A stretch of 64,000 bases of DNA. It comes from Lingula anatina (Eukaryota > Animalia > Brachiopoda). Made by a program: the position numbers and the translations under genes. Below are positions 25,716 through 64,000 of the stretch, one piece after another; the stretch's first letter is position 1; each line of letters opens with the position of its first letter. The stretch spans positions 34,057,967-34,121,966 of the forward strand of contig CM120640.1 of the NCBI GenBank assembly GCA_051362555.1, read 5' to 3'. Below the pieces are notes generated by a model. It had not been told where the DNA came from. It saw only the letters and a program-made list of their open reading frames with translations, and did no database searches.

Positions 25716-27891
25716 CTATGAACATATTAAATTCAACACCTTCTCCCTAATTTCTGACAGGCTTTCGTGTCTCTTCACGTGAAATGTATGCTCCCCTGAC
25801 GGCCTGCTGGATACTTCCCTTAGGTCCGCGATCCTTACGTCTTCCCCTATGCCGATACCGATAATTTTCATGCCAGCTCGCCTAGATTTCATAGCTTCAC
25901 GTGATGATGGCCCAATGTCATTAATTTTGCGATCAGTTATTAAGACGGCAACTTTCTTTGCGTTAAACCGCCTGCTCCCATCCACACGCGCAGCGCTCAT
26001 CCTAGCTGTTCTCATCAAATGACTGACAGCCAAAGGGGAACCAACATTCAGAGAATTTAGCAAACTGTCTTTATCGTTATAGCTGTCAAGGCCGAAATCT
26101 AATACCGGTAAACATGGCTGTTGTAGGAGAGATACTTGAATGGCCTGCTCCGAGATGTCCAACTGTCTCACAATGTTTTGCATGAAGTGGTATGAATATC
26201 GCGCTCTTGCTGGTCCAGAGTTGGAAGCGTCGTGGATGAAGGTGACATCTACTGGGAAACCATTTCCACAGCCACCACCAGAGCGTGGAAGGTTAGGAGC
26301 TACAAATAAAAAAAGAAAGAAATACGAGTTCATTATTATAATCAAAACAGTTGCGCATATCTGTTCAAATGGACAGGTTAACAGGCGGATAGTTTTTCAA
26401 GCAAATACAAATTTTGCTTAAAGTTAGAACTCATTATTTACACAAACAACTTTGGAAAATTTTGGGAGTGGAAAAGAAGCTTGAAAATACGTGTAAATGA
26501 AAAAACATTGTATTTTATAACCCATTCAAATTCCATGCATAAACAAAAACAAAAAAGAAAAAAAAAAACAATATATATAATAAAACAAAGCAATAAAATA
26601 CACACCTTGGCAAGTCTTTCTTTTAACTGTATCTGTGATGCTGTCAAGATCATTAACACTCCCCAGCTGGATTGAATTTTCTCCATAGAAACTACCAGAG
26701 AGCTCCAAAGTTGACTGAGACGAACGAATTCCAATAGGCAAGACATTGATACCAGCTGCCGTAGCTCTTCTAATTGCTAGGGGGACAGATTGATTCGCCA
26801 ATGAATCATAGTCGGAAACGACCACTGCAACTCTGGTGGCCTCGTAGCGTTCATCAGTTGAGAAGAAAACCTCTTTCATGTAGTCGATACCACCGGCAAT
26901 ATCCGCCCTGAGCTTTGTCCTCACAGTTTGCGTATAACGCAAGGACGAAATACTATCCAGAATTTGTTTTGTGGTGGTGTTGAGGGGAATCACTGCATGC
27001 GGGGACGTTTCGTATGCCAGGACACCGACTCGAACACTGCGGCGACCCAGAGGAAATCTCTCAGTCAGTCTGTATGTGAAATCGACGAGTTTGTTCCACC
27101 GGTGACCTTGAAAGGCACGGGACGAGTCCAAAAGGAACACCACATCCAGCGGTTTGTAACACTGGAACCCTGTGGAAGTTGAGACGTGGAGCCAGTCGAT
27201 TCCGATATCTCCCCTTCTTGGGTTGGAGTAGGGCACTGGAGAGGAAGAGGATAGCGTAAAACGTGTGGTTCACCAAATGTTGGAAGTGATAAGTTTCGGT
27301 AAAAAGTGGGATGGTGAATTATTTGCGGTAAATCGTGCAAGATATGGGGTCTTTGCGTAAATAAATAAATAAATAAACAAATACATAAATACAACCTCAG
27401 TGATGAATAAACTGTTAAAATGGACAATAATTACAATGTTTTATGTCACGGGAAATCTTTAAAAAAGTTGAATGAAACTGTAAAGAATAATTCCAGAAAC
27501 AATTCTAAAGTTTAGAATTACTTAAGCACTTACCTGCACTGAATGCTGTTTTGATTGTTACAACCATCTGGAAAGAGAAGAAAAAAATGCATTTACATTA
27601 CTGCAGGCTACAAAATTACAAATAAGAAAAAGTAGCCAATAATTAAGAAACATTAATTAATACAATTTAAAAATATTCCTTGGAATTAGGTCCTTACTTC
27701 GCTTTTAACATAGGATAGGAATTCCCAATATATTCATTGTATTCATTATTAAATTACTACTCATTATTTGAAATAACAAATTCTAATAATAACTCGAAAT
27801 TTGCAGTGGAATATGAAAAATAATGTTTTACTAATATACCGTTGTTGAACAAACTTACCATGAACATTTTTAGGAAAAATCCACCCTCCAT
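25716..27891 (-). CDS. Secreted tandem-VWA (von Willebrand factor A) domain protein, matrilin/collagen-VI-like, ~426 aa; exons 27859-27891, 27534-27567, 26606-27235, 25716-26299
   Basis: All introns GT-AG with phases 0/1/1 consistent (1281 nt). N-terminus MEGGFFLKMFMMVVTIKTAFSA is signal-peptide-like. VWA1: CYKPLDVVFLLDSS...VRVGVLAY...RVAVVVSD. VWA2: VDVTFIHDASNS...KKVAVLITD...IIGIGIG. Confidence 0.88.
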
Positions 27892-30800
27892 CTTCCTGCG
27901 TAGAAAGTTGTCGCTCTTCTCCGTATACCTGGGGTCGTTGTGTAATCTGTACTTTTCACCTGAGTATAGATCTCTTGAGATCTCACTTCTTCCGCTCAGA
28001 TTTCGAACAATTATATAACCCTACCCTAATCCTGAACAGCAACTCTCTTGCAGAAATATTTGTCGAATATACAATCCTGTTTGAATTGAAACAGACACTC
28101 AATGTCAGGTGAAATGCACTGTAATTATATAGTCAGTTATGCTAAGAAATATTGGCAGGTGCCTCAACAGCCCTGTAAATTCTTTCTTACAAACGGGAGG
28201 TCTGAAATTCCTCAGTTTACCTCCTAGAGCAGATCTTTCGATGTCAAAAATGTCAGATTAGCCCGAGCTTGGAGATATTGTAGTTATAAAACAGAAAACC
28301 AAAATGAGCTGATCTTCACTGTTCGAAGTTTATTATCCTAATGAGTTCAAACACTGGAACCTTTCACATTTATAGGAGCGTTCGTTCTGATTCAGTTCCT
28401 GCAAATGGCAACGAATATGACCGGAAGAAAACGAACCATTACTCATCTCTCTGAGACAGAAAGAAGCGTGACTGTGTCCATTTCGGGAAGAACCGTCGGA
28501 GACTGAAATGAACAAGGGAAGACTGAAATGAACAAGATGTATTGTGTCATCACGTTGGCACGATGTCTGAAACGCTTTATGATATTGTGGTTTACATCTT
28601 CTGTCTATTTTCAAACATCTAACGCTGGTGGTCGTCCTGTTTAAAATTTAAGGAGCCGGCCTGGTTTAAGTGCCATTTCTCAGTCTTGTGATTAATTTTA
28701 GACGGACATCTTTCCTAATAGAATGTCCACCTAAAAGGCTCATTTGTGCCAGTGAGCTTACACACACACACGCAAGCAAAATAAAATGTGTTGAAAGAGA
28801 AACAATTTAACTAAAAATGCCACGTTTTTTTTATTTCTCCTTTAATTTATTTTTCAATGGTCCGATCTTTAATGATTCCAATAGTACAAAATCCTTTTTC
28901 GTCGTTACATAACAGCCTTTTAAACCTCATTATTATTATTATTATTATTTGAAATTGAAGCAAGGGTGAACTGTAAAAAATGTAGCGCATCAAAATATCG
29001 GGATTGCTGCAATGTGTCCATTATAACACCAACCGTGGGGTGCATTCCTCGCGATGCTTGCCATCAACTGTGAAAACAATTACAACAAAAATGTTTCTCG
29101 TCAGCCACAAATTAAACACGCATGAAATAAAGACCAGAAGAATGCCTATGACGTTTGTAAATGATGATAAACACGTCGCCGCAAAAAAGGCACTCAGTCA
29201 TGCTTTTTAGTTTTGAAGTGAAACTGAAACGTTAAAATATTCCAGTAGGCAAAGCCGCACGATTCGACCTAGGCAGTCGTGGTTAACCTAATTTGGATTT
29301 TTGTTTATCTATAAACTGAAGATGTTTAGGCGGTCTCGGGTTTTTAAACGATGTACTCTTGCTGTCAAATCTAAGTGAAACATTTATCAAATTCCTACAG
29401 ACGCTCAACACACAGTCACCCGAGAAGACATTTTTAGAAATATCATAACTCATAGTAAAATCATAACCAAATCAATTGTCATCATGACACACGCAGTTTA
29501 AATGTTTATTAATCGTTTTCCGGGTTCAAAAACCTTTCTCTCGTAGATCATGTCCACCTCGTTTGAACTGGTCAGCGAGCATACAGGTATATCTACAAGC
29601 ACATCTCGTTTGTTATGTAACGAAAGCCAAAACCATTTCCGATTTATCTACTTGGATAAGGACTCAAAACAAGGATAAGCTAATATATAATCACGCATTT
29701 GTTCGACTTCTGTATGCTATTTGAAGAAACGCAAGACAGAGACTAGAAAATGTGCGAGTAGAACTGCGCGTTTTATTGTTACCCAGTGTCTAGAAAAAAA
29801 TTACAATTCCTTACAAAGGTATTCATGCAGTTAATTTCTGTTTCTAATACTATTGTTCCTCCGGGTAAACCTATATATTTTCCCACACATTGAAATTTTA
29901 CTCTCTGTGATTCAGAAGTGGTCACGGCAGAGAGAGAGACGGAAAGTAACTGTCAACTTTCTTCACCGATCTCATCAGTCACGGGATGAGGGGTGACTGC
30001 GTACAGCTCTGTCCAGTAGCACTCATCCATGCACGGATTCAATATTGGGAAAAATTCCACTATTAATCACACCTATTAAAATTTTTTGAACTGAAATATC
30101 ATACTGATTGCGCATAGTTCTCTCCATGCAAGAACGTTACTCATAATAACTGGGTTTTTTTCATATGAAAAAAGTAATGTTTATAACCATAAAGAAAATA
30201 ATAATCATTTACATTTAATGAAATATCATAATAACATACCTTGTAGTTGTGCTGAATGATTAAATATGGAGACTTCAGTAAGACGTTTTTGTGCCTGCCA
30301 TACACGTCAAATCACACGCTGACTTCTATTGCTTTGACAACGATAATAACAAATTGTTTTGTTCTTCAATTTTGGACCTTGTTCTGGTAAATGTGTGTAA
30401 ACAATTATGTAGAAATAAATCATTAATACTAACACCATAATACAACAAAAACAAGTGAAAGACAAATATGAGTACAGTGTATAATTAGTCAAGATCTTCA
30501 TTGCAAAACGCACAGAAAGAGACAGTTATATTGCACTGTATTGCCAAATACGGTTATTACCAGCATTTTTGCACAAGGCAATTGCGATTTTCAAATAAAC
30601 AATACTTCTTGAATGATTTTCTTCAATACTCATTGTCAATTTGGCTCATTGAAATATATCATACAATGAATATATTATAATTTATATACCCTGTTATCAA
30701 ATCAAAAAACATGCAGTTGAAATAGGCCCACTAAGTTCAACATCTTTCATATGATGTTCTGACACACAGCTGTATTTTTGTTTTTGAAAAGATCTGTTAG

Positions 30801-31263
30801 CAAAAATTATAATTATTCCAAAACATAAATAAAAAAAGTTAAAGAGAATCTAAAACTTTAAATTTGTTCTTTAACAATAATACTCTTTTCTACCAATGAA
30901 TTGCAACAAAACCTATATCCCCAAATAACAAATATTCCATTAATTACTTAAAATTGTATTTTGCAGTAATATAACATTACTTTTACATTCTACATCCATT
31001 TTGAGCAAAATCCATGGTTACAATTATAAATTTTTTTTACTAATAATATTTGTGTCTCTAAGAGTAAGGCACACGACCATCTTCTTCATAGTCTCTACTT
31101 CACTGTCCTTCATCATGACTTTTTTTAATTTGAAAAACAATTCTAATACCATATCCAAGGTAACAATATATAAACATATAATATGGTAATTGGCATAATA
31201 TAATAAATGATTGACATTCTCTAATAGTTCATACAGAGATTGGAATTATTCTCTCTCTCTAAG

Positions 31264-63959
<32,696 letters not shown>

Positions 63960-64000
63960 CTGTAAATAAAAACATACAACTAAATAGACACCAAGGGGGA

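Overview
AT-rich animal genomic DNA with GT-AG introns. Gene and repeat style suggest a lophotrochozoan, probably a mollusc (inference). Three genes are present. (1) A class A peptide-type GPCR with a single coding exon (+, 2669-3988). (2) A 4-exon, ~426-aa secreted protein made of two VWA domains (-, 25716-27891). (3) The 3' ~33 kb of a type-1 (DysF-containing, myoferlin/dysferlin-like) ferlin (-, 31264 to >63959), for which I traced 39 phase-consistent exons by hand. The GPCR-VWA intergenic region holds a 3.75-kb internally deleted Gypsy-like LTR element (gag and protease only), nested in one copy of a local repeat that carries tRNA-like heads and a CTCF-like motif. A ~168-bp MITE family, tandem duplications and microsatellites also occur. 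The most notable hidden structure is a set of nine frame-preserving cassette or micro-exon candidates (15-117 nt) in the longer ferlin introns, several with GCATG (RBFOX-type) clusters or UGC-proximal acceptors. Two sites match the positions of the alternatively spliced human dysferlin exons 17 and 40a. All coordinates were read by eye and may be off by a few bases; no searches were run.
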